Below are positions 10,140-21,372 of a stretch of 64,000 nt of DNA, piece after piece. The position numbers were made by a program, and so were the translations under genes. The notes under the pieces are model-generated. The model was not told the origin of the DNA. It searched no databases and worked only from the letters and a program-made list of their open reading frames with translations. Every line of letters starts with the position of its first letter. The stretch's first letter is position 1. Origin of the DNA: Candidatus Omnitrophota bacterium (lineage in GTDB: Bacteria > Omnitrophota > Gorgyraeia > Gygaellales > Gygaellaceae); NCBI GenBank assembly GCA_018400015.1, contig JAGYNB010000003.1, forward strand, positions 5,022-69,021. Direction: 5' to 3'.

Positions 10140-11482
10140 CTTCTTCCTTTAATTTGTCCGGTTTTCATAAAGCCCTCATAATGATGCATTAATAATTGTG
10201 ACTCTATCTGCTTTAATGTATCAAGCATAACACCAACAACAATCAATATCGTGGTTCCGCCTAAAAATGAAGCTATGGAATACGGCACCTTAAGCCACCT
10301 AATTACAAAATCAGGAAATATCGCTACAAAAACTATACTTAAAGCACCTACCAGAGTAATTCTATTTAAAACAAAAATCAAAAAATCAGCCGTGGGTTTG
10401 CCCGGCCTTATACCAGGAATAAATCCGCCGTATTTTTTCATATTCTCTGCTATTTCAACAGGGTTAAACACAATTGCTGTATAGAAATAACAGAAAAACA
10501 CAATCAAGCCGGCATAAAGAATATTGTAAACAATATTTCCTCTGGTTAAAAAGCTAGTTAGCTTTTGGAAGCCTGCGTTAGGCATAAATGTCGCCAGAGT
10601 TGCCGGAAAAAGTATTATTGATTGAGCAAAAATAATTGAAATAACTCCGGCAGTATCTACTTTAATCGGCAGATAAGTGCTTTGCCCGCCGTAAAGCTTC
10701 CTTCCCACTATGCGCCTTGCATACTGAACAGGAATTTTGCGCTGTCCCTGTGTAATCATTACCACAAACGCAATTAACGCAAACATGATCGAGAAAATCA
10801 CAACAATTACAAATGGTGAAAGTGATCTTTTTTCAGGTGAAAACGGGGAGGCTAACACAAATAACTGATAGATTGCCGTGGGCAGCCTAGATATAATTCC
10901 TACAGCGATTATTAATGATATTCCGTTGCCGATCCCCCGCTCCTGAATCTGTTCGCCCAACCACATAATAAACATTGTTCCTGTGGTAAGAGTCAAAACA
11001 GTCAACAACCTAAATCCCCATCCTGGGTTTGGCACAATTTGCAATCCTTGAAATCTTGCCGGATTCTCAAGCCACATAGAGATGAAAAACGCCTGTACAA
11101 GACATAGAAACAATGTTCCGATTCTTGTGTACTGGTTTATCTTTTCATGGCCAGCACGACCTTCCTTGGCCAACTTTTCCAAACTCGGTATAACAGCTGT
11201 TAACAGCTGCATAATTATACTAGCTGAAATATAAGGCATGATACCAAGTGCAAATATGGTCATTTGCTCTAACGCACCTCCGGAAAACATATTTATGATT
11301 CCAAATATGCTTGCACCTTGTGCCTGCGTCATGCGCCTAAAAAACTCTGAAAGAGCAGCCCCGTCAATACCAGGGGTGGGTATATAACAACCCATTCTAT
11401 AGATTATCAATAAGCCAAGGGTAATAAGAATCTTTTTCTTAAGATCCTCAATTTTAAAACTATTTATTAGCGCCTTCAGCAT
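10136..11482 (-). CDS. secY: preprotein translocase subunit SecY
   Basis: 448 aa multi-pass membrane protein, lying between rplO and adk as expected. Confidence 0.9.
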   Translation of the reverse strand: MLKALINSFKIEDLKKKILITLGLLIIYRMGCYIPTPGIDGAALSEFFRRMTQAQGASIFGIINMFSGGALEQMTIFALGIMPYISASIIMQLLTAVIPSLEKLAKEGRAGHEKINQYTRIGTLFLCLVQAFFISMWLENPARFQGLQIVPNPGWGFRLLTVLTLTTGTMFIMWLGEQIQERGIGNGISLIIAVGIISRLPTAIYQLFVLASPFSPEKRSLSPFVIVVIFSIMFALIAFVVMITQGQRKIPVQYARRIVGRKLYGGQSTYLPIKVDTAGVISIIFAQSIILFPATLATFMPNAGFQKLTSFLTRGNIVYNILYAGLIVFFCYFYTAIVFNPVEIAENMKKYGGFIPGIRPGKPTADFLIFVLNRITLVGALSIVFVAIFPDFVIRWLKVPYSIASFLGGTTILIVVGVMLDTLKQIESQLLMHHYEGFMKTGQIKGRR

Positions 11483-11936
11483 TATTTTTTGACTTTATTG
11501 GAATTAATTCAGCAACGCCTCCTACAGATTTAATTTTTTCAATAGCGCCTTTGGAAAAAGCATGTGCTTTTATTGTCAAGGCGTGTTTTAAATTTCCTTT
11601 AGACAAAATCTTTAGAGGCCTATTTTTTCCTATCATGCCTTTTTCGTACAACAAAGCGGCATCTACCACAGATCCTGTTTTAAAACCACTGATCTTTTCA
11701 AGATTGACAATCTGGTAATTAACTTTATTCCTTGCTGCAAAACCTCTTTTAGGGATCCTTTTAATCAATGGGTTTTGTCCACCTTCAAACGCTGAATAAA
11801 AATGACGTCCTGCACGAGAGGTCTGTCCTTTGTGGCCTTTAGTTGAAGTCTTTCCGTGTCCCGAGCCAGAACCTCTTCCTAAAAGTTTTTTTCTTTTATT
11901 TGCTCCCTCAGGGGCTTTTAGTTGACTTAAATTCAT
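11460..11936 (-). CDS. rplO: 50S ribosomal protein L15
   Basis: 158 aa with a Gly/Lys/Arg-rich N-terminus typical of L15. Confidence 0.85.
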   Translation of the reverse strand: MNLSQLKAPEGANKRKKLLGRGSGSGHGKTSTKGHKGQTSRAGRHFYSAFEGGQNPLIKRIPKRGFAARNKVNYQIVNLEKISGFKTGSVVDAALLYEKGMIGKNRPLKILSKGNLKHALTIKAHAFSKGAIEKIKSVGGVAELIPIKSKNNAEGANK

Positions 11937-12391
11937 TTTTCAATTAGGTTTTGGAATCCATCGATAGTTGCCTTAATAACATTAACGGGATTCTTCGATT
12001 TTAAACATTTAGTTAATATATTGTGTATACCTACGGCATCACACACAGCCCTGACAGAACCAGAAGCAATAACTCCTGTACCATCGGAAGCCGGCTTTAA
12101 TAAAACTTTTGCTCCGCCGAATTCACCAATCACTTCATGAGGAATGGTTGTACCATTAAGTCTCACCTTAATCATGTTCTTTTTTGCCTGGGAAAGACTT
12201 TTTCTAATTGCTGTAGCTACTTCATTTGCTTTTCCCAATGCATACCCAACATTACCTTTTTTATCGCCTATTACCACCAAGGCGCTAAAGGACATCTTCT
12301 TTCCACCTTTAGTAACTTTAGTTACACGGTTTATCTTAATTATCTTCTCAAAAATAGCTGATTGATCTTGTTCTCTTCTTTTATTTTCCAT
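11933..12391 (-). CDS. rpsE: 30S ribosomal protein S5
   Basis: 152 aa with the S5 dsRBD and C-terminal domain. There is no L30 gene between rpsE and rplO. Confidence 0.9.
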   Translation of the reverse strand: MENKRREQDQSAIFEKIIKINRVTKVTKGGKKMSFSALVVIGDKKGNVGYALGKANEVATAIRKSLSQAKKNMIKVRLNGTTIPHEVIGEFGGAKVLLKPASDGTGVIASGSVRAVCDAVGIHNILTKCLKSKNPVNVIKATIDGFQNLIEK

Positions 12392-12393
12392 AA

Positions 12394-12756
12394 TTAAAAT
12401 TCTAACCCGTTGTTTCTAGCTGATTCAGCAAAGGCCTTAATTCTCCCATGAAAAAGATGGCCTGCACGATCAAAGCTAATCTTTGTTATCCCTTTGTCTT
12501 TAACTTTCTTCGCAAAACATTCACCTAAAACTTGGGCAGCCTGAATATTACCACACTGCTTAAATTTACTTTTTATCGACTTATCCAAAGTTGACATACC
12601 AACAATAATCTCTCCTTTTGAATCATCAATCAATTGAACACTCATATTTTTGAGGCTTCTAAAAATACACAATCTAGGCCTGGGAGAAGTCGAGATAAGC
12701 CTATTTCTGATTTTCTTATGTCTTATTTTTCTTTTTACAGCTTTTTTATTTCTCAT
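12394..12756 (-). CDS. rplR: 50S ribosomal protein L18
   Basis: 120 aa, identified by position in the spc operon and by sequence. Confidence 0.85.
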   Translation of the reverse strand: MRNKKAVKRKIRHKKIRNRLISTSPRPRLCIFRSLKNMSVQLIDDSKGEIIVGMSTLDKSIKSKFKQCGNIQAAQVLGECFAKKVKDKGITKISFDRAGHLFHGRIKAFAESARNNGLEF

Positions 12757-12758
12757 GA

Positions 12759-13307
12759 TTATTTACCACCTGTAGCTGTTGCTGCTTTTCCTAATTTTTT
12801 ACGAACCACTTCACCAACGTACCTGATACCTTTGCCTTTATAGGGCTCTGGAGGATAAACTGAGCGGATATCGGCAGCAATTTGACCAACTTTAGCTTTA
12901 TCAATACCGCTTACAGTAATAATATTACGCTGAACTTCTATTTTTATATCCTGAGGCGAATCAATTCTTACCGGATGACTGAAACCTAGCTGCATAACTA
13001 TAGTTTTTCCTTCCATTTGAGCACGAAAACCAACACCCTGTATCTCAAGTTGTTTTGAATAACCCTTACTTACACCTTCTATCATATTGGCAATAAGGCT
13101 TCTTACCAAACCGTGTAAAGACCTATATTTTTTTATGTCGCTTATGCGGGTAACGATTATTTTATTATCTTTAGATTCCACCTTAATCCCCTCGGGAATA
13201 TCAAACGAAAGCTTTCCTTTTGGACCTTGGATTTCCAGGGAAATATCTTTTATGTTTACCTTTAAATCTTTTGTAACATCGATTGGTTTTTTTCCGATTC
13301 GTGACAT
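12759..13307 (-). CDS. rplF: 50S ribosomal protein L6
   Basis: 182 aa starting MSRIGKKPI. Confidence 0.9.
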   Translation of the reverse strand: MSRIGKKPIDVTKDLKVNIKDISLEIQGPKGKLSFDIPEGIKVESKDNKIIVTRISDIKKYRSLHGLVRSLIANMIEGVSKGYSKQLEIQGVGFRAQMEGKTIVMQLGFSHPVRIDSPQDIKIEVQRNIITVSGIDKAKVGQIAADIRSVYPPEPYKGKGIRYVGEVVRKKLGKAATATGGK

Positions 13308-13313
13308 ATCAAC

Positions 13314-13712
13314 CTACCAGACTTGACAAATTATTTCACCGCCAACATTAGATTCTCTTGCCTGATCTTCTGTCATAACACCTTTTGAAGTAGAAAGTAT
13401 ACAGATACCATAACCGTGTAAGAATCTTCTGATAGCGTCTCTTTTAATATATTTTCTTAGACCCAATTTAGAAACTCTTTTTGCGCCTTTTATCGCACCT
13501 TTTCCATTTTCTTTGTATTTTAAATAGACGCGAAAAAGACCTTGTTTCTTATCATCAATAAATTTAAAGTTGCTTATATAACTTTCTTTCATCAAAATCT
13601 CTAAAATCGCTTTTATTAATTTTGAAGCCAACACATCTACCGATTCTGCTTTTATCTTCTCGGCATTTAAAACTCTTACTAATAAGTCCGATACTAAATC
13701 ATTAACTGACAT
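13314..13712 (-). CDS. rpsH: 30S ribosomal protein S8
   Basis: 132 aa. Confidence 0.9.
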   Translation of the reverse strand: MSVNDLVSDLLVRVLNAEKIKAESVDVLASKLIKAILEILMKESYISNFKFIDDKKQGLFRVYLKYKENGKGAIKGAKRVSKLGLRKYIKRDAIRRFLHGYGICILSTSKGVMTEDQARESNVGGEIICQVW

Positions 13713-13720
13713 TTTCTCTC

Positions 13721-13906
13721 CTACCAGCTGGCTTTTTTTACTCCCGGGATCATCCCTTCCCAGGCAAGCTCTCTAAAACACATACGGCATAACTGAAATT
13801 TACTCAAATACCCCCCGGATCGTCCGCATATTCTACAGCGATTCATTTTTCTCGTTGAGAATTTAGGTTCTCTTTTCCATCTGTTAATCTGTGATTTTTT
13901 TGCCAT
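13721..13906 (-). CDS. rpsZ: 30S ribosomal protein S14 type Z (zinc-binding)
   Basis: 61 aa with the motifs CRICGRSGG and CRMCFRE. Confidence 0.9.
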   Translation of the reverse strand: MAKKSQINRWKREPKFSTRKMNRCRICGRSGGYLSKFQLCRMCFRELAWEGMIPGVKKASW

Positions 13907-13909
13907 CTA

Positions 13910-14452
13910 TTACTCCTTAAAAGGCATTCCGAAACTTCTTAACAATTCTTTATTTAAATCTTTACTGCGTGAAGAAAACACAATAACTACATCCATTCCC
14001 TGCACTCGTGTTACCTTGTCAGGGTCTACTTCGGGAAAAATCGACTGTTCGGTAATACCAAAACTGTAGTTGCCATGATGATCAAATGAATTTCCAGGTA
14101 TACCGCGAAAATCTCTGATTCTCGGTAACGCTACGCTTATAAGCCTATCGAGAAACTCATACATATTTGCTCCCCTTAAGGTAACCTTACAACCAACTGG
14201 CAAACCCTTTCTAATCTTAAAATTTGATATTGCAGTTTTAGCTTTTGTCAGCATTGGTTTCTGACCCGTTATAAGCGCAAGCTCTTTCATGGATTGTTCT
14301 AAAAGCTTAAAATCAGCCACAGCTTCACCGACACCCATGTTAATTACAATCTTTTCAATTTTAGGAACTTGAAAATTATTCTTCAAAGAAAACTTTTCTT
14401 TAAATTCAGGTATAACCTTGGTCTGATAATATTCTAAAATTCTCGGTTTCAT
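13910..14452 (-). CDS. rplE: 50S ribosomal protein L5
   Basis: 180 aa. Confidence 0.9.
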   Translation of the reverse strand: MKPRILEYYQTKVIPEFKEKFSLKNNFQVPKIEKIVINMGVGEAVADFKLLEQSMKELALITGQKPMLTKAKTAISNFKIRKGLPVGCKVTLRGANMYEFLDRLISVALPRIRDFRGIPGNSFDHHGNYSFGITEQSIFPEVDPDKVTRVQGMDVVIVFSSRSKDLNKELLRSFGMPFKE

Positions 14453-14453
14453 T

Positions 14454-14765
14454 TTAAATAACTTCCTTACATTTTTTGCAAAATCTTACTTTTTCTTTGT
14501 TTTCAAGCACCTTAAAACCGACTTTTACTGGTTTATTACATTTTTTACACTGCACCATGAGCTTGGCAATTGCCACAGGCCGTTCAACGCTGACAATACC
14601 TGACTGCTGTTCCTGTGAACGCTTTCTCATGTGTTTTTTAACTAAATTAACTCTTTCTATAATCGCTTTTTGGGACTCTCTAAAAACCTTTATAACCTTG
14701 CCGGTTTTACCCTTATCTTTTCCGGAAACTACGTAAACTATATCGTTTTTCTTTATTTTCTGCAT
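14454..14765 (-). CDS. rplX: 50S ribosomal protein L24
   Basis: 103 aa with a KOW motif (IKKNDIVYVVSGKDKGKTGKV). Confidence 0.9.
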   Translation of the reverse strand: MQKIKKNDIVYVVSGKDKGKTGKVIKVFRESQKAIIERVNLVKKHMRKRSQEQQSGIVSVERPVAIAKLMVQCKKCNKPVKVGFKVLENKEKVRFCKKCKEVI

Positions 14766-14766
14766 C

Positions 14767-15135
14767 TTATATTACCTCAGGTGCCAATGATATGATTTTC
14801 ATAAAATTTTTAGTTCTTAATTCTCTTGCCACAGGCCCAAATACACGCGTACCCCTGGGGTTTTTCTGTGTATCAATAATCACCACAGCGTTACTATCAA
14901 ACTGCACATAAGAACCGTCATCTCTTCTAATCTTGTTTCTGGTGCGCACAACTACTGCGTCAGCCTTTTCACCCTTTTTTACAGCAGCATTAGGATTAGA
15001 TTCCTTAATATTTACCTTAATAATATCTCCTATCTCTGCCTTAGGCTTACCCTTGGCTCCTAATACGCTAATACACGATGCCTTACGTGCGCCGGTATTA
15101 TCTGTAACGTTTAGAATACTACGAAGTTGAATCAT
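14767..15135 (-). CDS. rplN: 50S ribosomal protein L14
   Basis: 122 aa starting [16 protein letters not shown]. Confidence 0.9.
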   Translation of the reverse strand: MIQLRSILNVTDNTGARKASCISVLGAKGKPKAEIGDIIKVNIKESNPNAAVKKGEKADAVVVRTRNKIRRDDGSYVQFDSNAVVIIDTQKNPRGTRVFGPVARELRTKNFMKIISLAPEVI

Positions 15136-15382
15136 TTTTCTTAATTATTTCCCTTAATCTGAAACGTTTATCTTTAGACAAGGGTCGGCATTCCTCTATT
15201 AAAACTAAGTCGCCGATATTTGCAATATTTTTCTCATCATGAACTTTAAACTTATTAAAACGCTTTATGATTTTTTTATACTTAGGATGCTGTGCGCTTT
15301 CTTCAACCTGCACAACAATGGTTTTATGCATCTTATTACTGGTTACTTTACCTGACCTTACTTTACGATTGGTTTTTTTCAC
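15119..15382 (-). CDS. rpsQ: 30S ribosomal protein S17
   Basis: 87 aa. Confidence 0.85.
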   Translation of the reverse strand: MKKTNRKVRSGKVTSNKMHKTIVVQVEESAQHPKYKKIIKRFNKFKVHDEKNIANIGDLVLIEECRPLSKDKRFRLREIIKKNDSTS

Positions 15383-15582
15383 TTATTTTTGCCTTCTTTT
15401 TTTAATTCATTTAAAACTGTCTTTATGCGAGCAATATCTCTTTTTACGATAAAAAACCTATGCGGCTTATCAACCTGATTAATTTTTCTCTGATTGTTAA
15501 GTTGATAAAGCTCTTTATTCAGATCGATTAACTTATTATTCAATTCACCAACTGAAAAGTTTCTAATGTCTTTTATCTTCAT
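15379..15582 (-). CDS. rpmC: 50S ribosomal protein L29
   Basis: 67 aa. Confidence 0.85.
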   Translation of the reverse strand: MKIKDIRNFSVGELNNKLIDLNKELYQLNNQRKINQVDKPHRFFIVKRDIARIKTVLNELKKEGKNK

Positions 15583-15585
15583 TTT

Positions 15586-16005
15586 TTATATTACGTGTTC
15601 TCTGGTTACAAATTTTGTCCTTAAGGGAAGCTTATAAGCTGCCATCCTTAAAACACCTCTTGCATAACTTTCGGGAATTCCGCTTATTTCAAACAATACT
15701 TTACCTCTGGGGACATTACATATCCATTGAAAAATATCACCCTTGCCTTTTCCCATACGGGTTTCCTGGGGTTTTTTGGTGGTGCTCTTATTAGGATACA
15801 CTCTTATCCATAGTTTGCCTCCCTGACGCAGCTGTCTTACTAAAACAACCCTACAGGACTCAAGTTGAGCATTGGTAACCGAACCATTATTTAATGCCTT
15901 AAGCCCGAATTCGCCAAAAACAAGAGTATTGCCTTTTGTTGCTATCCCTCGTCTTTTCCCACGATGGTATTTTCTAAATTTTACTCTTTTTGGTATAAAA
16001 GCCAT
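15586..16005 (-). CDS. rplP: 50S ribosomal protein L16
   Basis: 139 aa. Confidence 0.9.
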   Translation of the reverse strand: MAFIPKRVKFRKYHRGKRRGIATKGNTLVFGEFGLKALNNGSVTNAQLESCRVVLVRQLRQGGKLWIRVYPNKSTTKKPQETRMGKGKGDIFQWICNVPRGKVLFEISGIPESYARGVLRMAAYKLPLRTKFVTREHVI

Positions 16006-16677
16006 TTATTCCTCAACTGGTTGTTGTTTGCTTTGCGGTTTTTTCTTTTGTTTTATTACCAAACCTTTATAAACCCAAACCTTTATGCCGATAATCCCGT
16101 ATGTCGTATGGGCCTGGCTTGCAGCATAATCAATATCTGCCCTTAACGTAGCCAAAGGAACCTTACCTTTTTTAAAAGTCTCCCGACGTTTCATTTCAGC
16201 GCCGCCAAGTCTTCCGGCAATAGTAATCCTAATTCCACCCGCACCGTTCATAAGTGCGTTATCTATAGCTCTTTTTATCGCCCTTTTATAGGCAACTCTT
16301 TTTTCAATCTGAAAAACAATATTATCTGCAATCAACTGTGCATCCGTATTTGGCTGTTTAACTTCTTCAATGTCGATTAATAATTCCTGGCTTGTCACTT
16401 TTGCCAATTCGTCCCTTAATTTCTCTATTTCCGAACCTTGTCTACCAATGATAATACCCGGACGAGCAGTAACAATCTTTATTTTTAGCTTATCCGTAAG
16501 ACGACTAATAATCACTTTTGAAATCGCGGCAAATCTGTACTTATTACGAATTACTTTTCTGATCTTATAATCTTCTTCCAGGTAATCTGCAAAATTAGCC
16601 TTTGAGGCAATCCAATAGCTTTTCCAATCTTTGATAAAACCAATTCTTTGAATTAAAGGATGTACTTTTTGTCCCAT
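16006..16677 (-). CDS. rpsC: 30S ribosomal protein S3
   Basis: 223 aa with a KH domain. Confidence 0.9.
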   Translation of the reverse strand: MGQKVHPLIQRIGFIKDWKSYWIASKANFADYLEEDYKIRKVIRNKYRFAAISKVIISRLTDKLKIKIVTARPGIIIGRQGSEIEKLRDELAKVTSQELLIDIEEVKQPNTDAQLIADNIVFQIEKRVAYKRAIKRAIDNALMNGAGGIRITIAGRLGGAEMKRRETFKKGKVPLATLRADIDYAASQAHTTYGIIGIKVWVYKGLVIKQKKKPQSKQQPVEE

Positions 16678-17102
16678 TATTTAGCTGCCTTTTTGTTTTT
16701 AACTTTTTTTCTTACTACGGTCTTCTTCTTAGATTTTTCTTCTTTTACTATAGTATTATTTGCTAATGTTTCAGGTAATAAATCAAGTTCAATCTCTAAA
16801 TGCGTTGTTCGCTTCAATACAGGAACTGCCCTACCAAAAGATGCAGCACGAAATCTTTTCCAAGAAGGACCACTATTAGCAATACATTTAGAAACATAGA
16901 GCTGTTTTAAATCAAAGCCTTTTGTTTTTGCATTGTTTATTGCGGAATTTAAAACCTTCTTCACTAAAAACGAGGCCTTCTTATTTAAATTGTTCAAAAC
17001 AGAAATTGCAGCATATGTATTTTTACCTTTTATTAAATCAAGAATCTGCTTCATTTTCTTTGGTGAAATCCTTAAATATTTTGTTTTTGCTTTTGCAATC
17101 AT
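16677..17102 (-). CDS. rplV: 50S ribosomal protein L22 with a short Lys-rich C-terminal tail
   Basis: 141 aa. Confidence 0.85.
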   Translation of the reverse strand: MIAKAKTKYLRISPKKMKQILDLIKGKNTYAAISVLNNLNKKASFLVKKVLNSAINNAKTKGFDLKQLYVSKCIANSGPSWKRFRAASFGRAVPVLKRTTHLEIELDLLPETLANNTIVKEEKSKKKTVVRKKVKNKKAAK

Positions 17103-17109
17103 TGTCTTA

Positions 17110-17397
17110 TTATGTTAAATCTGCTGATTTCTTGGCCTTTACGCCGCCGTGTTTTCTAAAAGTCCGAGAAGGCGCAAATTCCCCTAATTTATGCCCAACC
17201 ATATTTTCCGTAATGAATACTGGGATATGCTTTTTGCCATCATGTACGGCAAAGGTCAACCCAACAAATTCCGGAGCTATAACCGAACGCCTTGACCATG
17301 TTCTTATCGGCGTTCTTGTGCCGCTTTTTTTAACTTTGTCTACTTTTTTAAGTAGTTTCTCATCAATAAATGGACCTTTTTTAAGTGATCTTGCCAT
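17110..17397 (-). CDS. rpsS: 30S ribosomal protein S19
   Basis: 95 aa. Confidence 0.9.
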   Translation of the reverse strand: MARSLKKGPFIDEKLLKKVDKVKKSGTRTPIRTWSRRSVIAPEFVGLTFAVHDGKKHIPVFITENMVGHKLGEFAPSRTFRKHGGVKAKKSADLT

Positions 17398-18230
17398 TAT
17401 TTCCTTCTTTTCGCTATATATTTATCAGAATATCTGTTTGGTTTTCTCGTCTTGTAGCCTTTTGTCGGTTTTCCCCAAGGAGTTGTTGGGTGAGGATTGC
17501 CTTGGCCTGCTTTTCCTTCACCACCACCGTGCGGATGATCAACTGGGTTCATCGCAACGCCACGGACATTTGATTTTCTACCCAACCAAGCAGATCTACC
17601 GGCTTTGCCTAGTTTTATCTCTTTCCAGTCAGCGTTACTAACCTGACCGATTGTCGCACAACAAGCTATATTAATCAATCTTACTTCTCCCGAAGGAAGC
17701 TTAACATGTGCGAAATTTCCCTCTTTGGCCGTAATCTGAGCACTGGAACCCGCGCTCCTTACAATTTTACCGCCTTTGCCAACTTCCAGTTCAATATTGT
17801 GTATCATGGTCCCTAAAGGAACATTTCTTAAACACATGCAATTACCAATTTTTATCTCTACGTTATCGCCGCGGGTACTTACCACCTCTTGGCCAACCTT
17901 TAACTCTACTGGTGCAATAATATAATTTTTAACCTTGTCTTGATATTCAATCAATGCAATTCTTGCTCTTCTATTAGGATCATACTCTAAAGCGATTACT
18001 TTAGCTGATTCGTCTAATCTATTACGTTTAAAATCTACCTCTCTATAAAGCCTTTTATGTCCACCGCCGCGAAAACGTACTGTAATTCTGCCGGTATTAT
18101 TCCTGCCGCCTTTTTTCTTAATCGGAGACACAAGGGACTTTTCCGGTCTTTTTCTTGTAAGATTCGAGAAATCTGACGTAATAACGTATCTTCTTCCCGC
18201 TGATGTCGGTTTATGTTTTTTAACTGCCAT
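17397..18230 (-). CDS. rplB: 50S ribosomal protein L2
   Basis: 277 aa. Confidence 0.9.
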   Translation of the reverse strand: MAVKKHKPTSAGRRYVITSDFSNLTRKRPEKSLVSPIKKKGGRNNTGRITVRFRGGGHKRLYREVDFKRNRLDESAKVIALEYDPNRRARIALIEYQDKVKNYIIAPVELKVGQEVVSTRGDNVEIKIGNCMCLRNVPLGTMIHNIELEVGKGGKIVRSAGSSAQITAKEGNFAHVKLPSGEVRLINIACCATIGQVSNADWKEIKLGKAGRSAWLGRKSNVRGVAMNPVDHPHGGGEGKAGQGNPHPTTPWGKPTKGYKTRKPNRYSDKYIAKRRK

Positions 18231-18234
18231 AATT

Positions 18235-18513
18235 TTAAGTTACCTCTATTTTATTTCCTTTTTTAAGCGTAACAACAGCCTTTTTCGTATCTGAAGTCCT
18301 GCCATATGCATGCCTAACACGCTTAAGTTTACCATGTGAAATCAATGTATTAACATCTTTGACTTTAACTTTGTATATAGTCTCTACGGCTTTCTTAATC
18401 TCTGTTTTATTTGCGGTTTTATCAACTAAAAAATGGTATTTATCGTACGGCAATAAGCTTGTACCTTTTTCAGTTCTTAGTAGTGCTCTTAAAATTAAAT
18501 AAGGAGTTTTCAT
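18235..18513 (-). CDS. rplW: 50S ribosomal protein L23
   Basis: 92 aa. Confidence 0.85.
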   Translation of the reverse strand: MKTPYLILRALLRTEKGTSLLPYDKYHFLVDKTANKTEIKKAVETIYKVKVKDVNTLISHGKLKRVRHAYGRTSDTKKAVVTLKKGNKIEVT

Positions 18514-19136
18514 TTCTTTAATCTCTTGACTAATGAATCCAATGCTTTTTTTGTAATCAAAACAATCTTGCTAGCCAAAACATCGTAAGCATTCAATTCA
18601 TCTGCAACTTTTAATTTTAATCTATCGATATTACGGCCTGCCAAAAATAATTCTTTATCAAAAACATCATTTACCAACAAACACTTATTTTTTATTTTAA
18701 GCTTTGTTATTATGGAAGCTAATTCTTTGGTTTTTGCCTTAGAAAGCTTCACTTCGTCTAAAACAATTATTTCTTCATTGTTGAACTTATCGTTTAACAC
18801 AGATATTAAAGCCTTATGTTTAATTTTTTTAGGAAGCGTGTAAGAAAAATCTTTTGGTATGGGACCGAAGGTAACACCGCCATGTCTCCAGATAGGAGAT
18901 CTAGTTGAACCGTGTCTTGCCCTGCCTGTACCTTTTTGTCTCCATGGTTTGGCACCGCCTCCGGAAACTTGCGCTCTGTCTTTTACGCTAGCAGAACCTA
19001 AGCGCATATTTGCCTGGTACATGACTACGGCCTGATAAACACAAGGTTCGTTTACCTTACCGTCAAAAAGCTTCTCATCGAGCTGTATAGACTCAATTTT
19101 CTTACCTTGTATGTTTAAAACGTTGCACTGTGTCAT
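18510..19136 (-). CDS. rplD: 50S ribosomal protein L4
   Basis: 208 aa. Confidence 0.9.
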   Translation of the reverse strand: MTQCNVLNIQGKKIESIQLDEKLFDGKVNEPCVYQAVVMYQANMRLGSASVKDRAQVSGGGAKPWRQKGTGRARHGSTRSPIWRHGGVTFGPIPKDFSYTLPKKIKHKALISVLNDKFNNEEIIVLDEVKLSKAKTKELASIITKLKIKNKCLLVNDVFDKELFLAGRNIDRLKLKVADELNAYDVLASKIVLITKKALDSLVKRLKK

Positions 19137-19747
19137 TTCTTTTTGATAATTTTATTTACGATTACAACAGAATTATTTACACCCGGCACTGCACCTTTTA
19201 AAACCAAAATACCGTCTTCGGTATCAATTTTTACTATTTTAAGGTTTTTGACAGTTGATTTCACATTGCCCATCTGTCCTGGCATATGATGACCCTTTAC
19301 AACTCTGCTGGGAGTCGCTGAAGCGCCGATTGAACCTGGACGTCTATGAGACATTGAACCGTGTGTCTTTGGTCCACCTTTCCAATTCCAACGCTTAACA
19401 CCGCCCTGAAAACCTTTTCCTTTTGAAATCCCAGTAACCTTTACAATATCACCGTCTTTAAATATATCCACATTTAAGACATCGCCTGCTTTAAATTCCT
19501 GATCGTGATCGTTAAAATCTATTTCTTTTACGTATTTTTTTGGCGTAATTTTTAACTTTTTATAAAATCCCAACTGGGGCTTTCTTGTTTTTTTCTCCGC
19601 AAGTTCTCCATAACCAAGCTGAACTTTCTTATTATTGCTGGACAAAACAACACAAGGACCAAGCTCCAATACTGTAACAGGGATAGCCTTTCCCTGCTCA
19701 TTATAAATACGCGTCATTCCTAATTTTTTTCCAATTAAGCCAGACAT
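19133..19747 (-). CDS. rplC: 50S ribosomal protein L3
   Basis: 204 aa. Confidence 0.9.
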   Translation of the reverse strand: MSGLIGKKLGMTRIYNEQGKAIPVTVLELGPCVVLSSNNKKVQLGYGELAEKKTRKPQLGFYKKLKITPKKYVKEIDFNDHDQEFKAGDVLNVDIFKDGDIVKVTGISKGKGFQGGVKRWNWKGGPKTHGSMSHRRPGSIGASATPSRVVKGHHMPGQMGNVKSTVKNLKIVKIDTEDGILVLKGAVPGVNNSVVIVNKIIKKK

Positions 19748-19751
19748 AATT

Positions 19752-20066
19752 TTACATTCTTATTTCAATATGAACACCCGCAGGAAGGTTTAATTTCCTT
19801 AAAGCATCGATGGTTTTTGCAGTAGGATCTACCAATTCAACCAGACGTTTATGGGTAACTATTGTAAATTGTTCTCTCGACTTCTTGTCAATAACAGGAG
19901 ACCTTAAAACAGTATACATCTCTTTCTTTGAAGGTAAAGGCAAAGGTCCAGAAACTTTAGTACCGAATCTTTTTGCAGTATCCACGATTTCTTCAACAGA
20001 CTGATCTAAAAGTCTGTGGTCATATGCCTTTAATTTAATTTTAATTCTTTGCTTGGTTGTAACCAT
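19752..20066 (-). CDS. rpsJ: 30S ribosomal protein S10
   Basis: 104 aa. The RBS AACAGGAG sits upstream. Confidence 0.9.
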   Translation of the reverse strand: MVTTKQRIKIKLKAYDHRLLDQSVEEIVDTAKRFGTKVSGPLPLPSKKEMYTVLRSPVIDKKSREQFTIVTHKRLVELVDPTAKTIDALRKLNLPAGVHIEIRM

Positions 20067-20095
20067 TGCTTTTTTTGTTTTCTCCTGTTAACCCT

Positions 20096-20129
20096 AAAAC
20101 ATGCCGCCAATCAACAGACGGCATGTTTT
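20096..20129 (-). promoter_or_regulatory. perfect 11-bp stem with a 12-nt loop in the 75-nt tuf-rpsJ spacer (S10 operon leader, attenuator or processing element)
   Basis: AAAACATGCCG at 20096-20106 pairs with CGGCATGTTTT at 20119-20129. No U-run follows on the mRNA strand, so it is not a classic intrinsic terminator. Confidence 0.4.
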
Positions 20130-20141
20130 AAGATATCTATT

Positions 20142-21341
20142 TTATTCTATAATCTCTGAAACAACACCTGCTCCAACAGTATGGCCGCCTTCGCGGATAG
20201 CAAAACGAAGCTCTTTTTCCATAGCTATAGGAACAATCAATTCAGCTTCAATGTCAATATTGTCACCAGGCATAACCATTTCCACTCCTTGGGGGAGTTT
20301 CAATGTCCCGGTAACGTCAGTTGTTCTAAAATAAAACTGAGGCCTGTAGCCAGCGAAAAACGGCGTATGTCTTCCGCCTTCTTCTTTGGTTAAAACGTAT
20401 ATTCTGGCCTTAAACTTTGTATGCGGAGTTATTGAACCAGTTGCTGCCAAAACCATACCGCGTTCTAAGTTATCCTTATCCATGCCTCTTAAAAGCATAC
20501 CTAAGTTATCGCCAGCTTGACCTTCATCAAGTTCTTTTCTGAACATTTCAACACCAGTAACAACACTCTTTTGAACCTCTGGTCTTAGACCAACGATATC
20601 GATATTTTCGCCTACTTTAACCTTACCTCGTTCTACCCTTCCAGTTCCTACTGTACCACGTCCGGAAATAGTAAAAACATCTTCAATACCCATCAAAAAC
20701 GGCTTGTCCAATTCTCGTTTTGGATCAGGTATAAATTCATCCACGGATTTCATAAGCTCTAAGATGGATTTTACATCAGCGTTCTCAGGATCACCAGCAG
20801 CTTCCATGGCTTTTAATGCAGAACCTTTGATAATCGGGGTTTTATCTCCAGGAAAATTGTACTTTGTCAATAATTCCCTGACTTCCATTTCAACAAGGTC
20901 AATAAGCTCTTTATCATCAACCATATCGCATTTATTCAAATAAACAACCATTGCCGGAACGTTAACCTGACGAGCCAATAAAATATGCTCTCTAGTTTGA
21001 GGCATCGGACCATCAGCAGCGGAAACAACAAGAATAGCACCGTCCATCTGGGCAGCACCGGTAATCATATTTTTGATATAGTCGGCGTGACCGGGACAGT
21101 CAATATGCGCATAGTGTCTTTTTTCAGTCTGATACTCTACGTGAGAAATATTAATCGTAACGCCGCGTTCTCTTTCTTCCGGAGCGTTATCAATAGAATC
21201 ATACGTGCGAGTTTCAGCAAAACCCATTTTTGCCAAAGTCATTGTTATTGCAGCTGTCAAAGTTGTCTTACCGTGATCTACGTGTCCTATTGTACCAATA
21301 TTAAGATGAGGCTTTGATCTTACAAACTTTTCTTTAGCCAT
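20142..21341 (-). CDS. tuf: elongation factor Tu
   Basis: 399 aa with [10 protein letters not shown] and the DCPGHADY block. Confidence 0.95.
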   Translation of the reverse strand: MAKEKFVRSKPHLNIGTIGHVDHGKTTLTAAITMTLAKMGFAETRTYDSIDNAPEERERGVTINISHVEYQTEKRHYAHIDCPGHADYIKNMITGAAQMDGAILVVSAADGPMPQTREHILLARQVNVPAMVVYLNKCDMVDDKELIDLVEMEVRELLTKYNFPGDKTPIIKGSALKAMEAAGDPENADVKSILELMKSVDEFIPDPKRELDKPFLMGIEDVFTISGRGTVGTGRVERGKVKVGENIDIVGLRPEVQKSVVTGVEMFRKELDEGQAGDNLGMLLRGMDKDNLERGMVLAATGSITPHTKFKARIYVLTKEEGGRHTPFFAGYRPQFYFRTTDVTGTLKLPQGVEMVMPGDNIDIEAELIVPIAMEKELRFAIREGGHTVGAGVVSEIIE

Positions 21342-21372
21342 TTTTAATACCTCCTATTTAAAATTAAATCAA

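Noticed and set aside
16922-17641. 239-aa plus-strand ORF antisense to rplV, rpsS and rplB
   Set aside because: It is low-complexity and spans three conserved ribosomal protein genes on the other strand, so it is not plausible as coding sequence.
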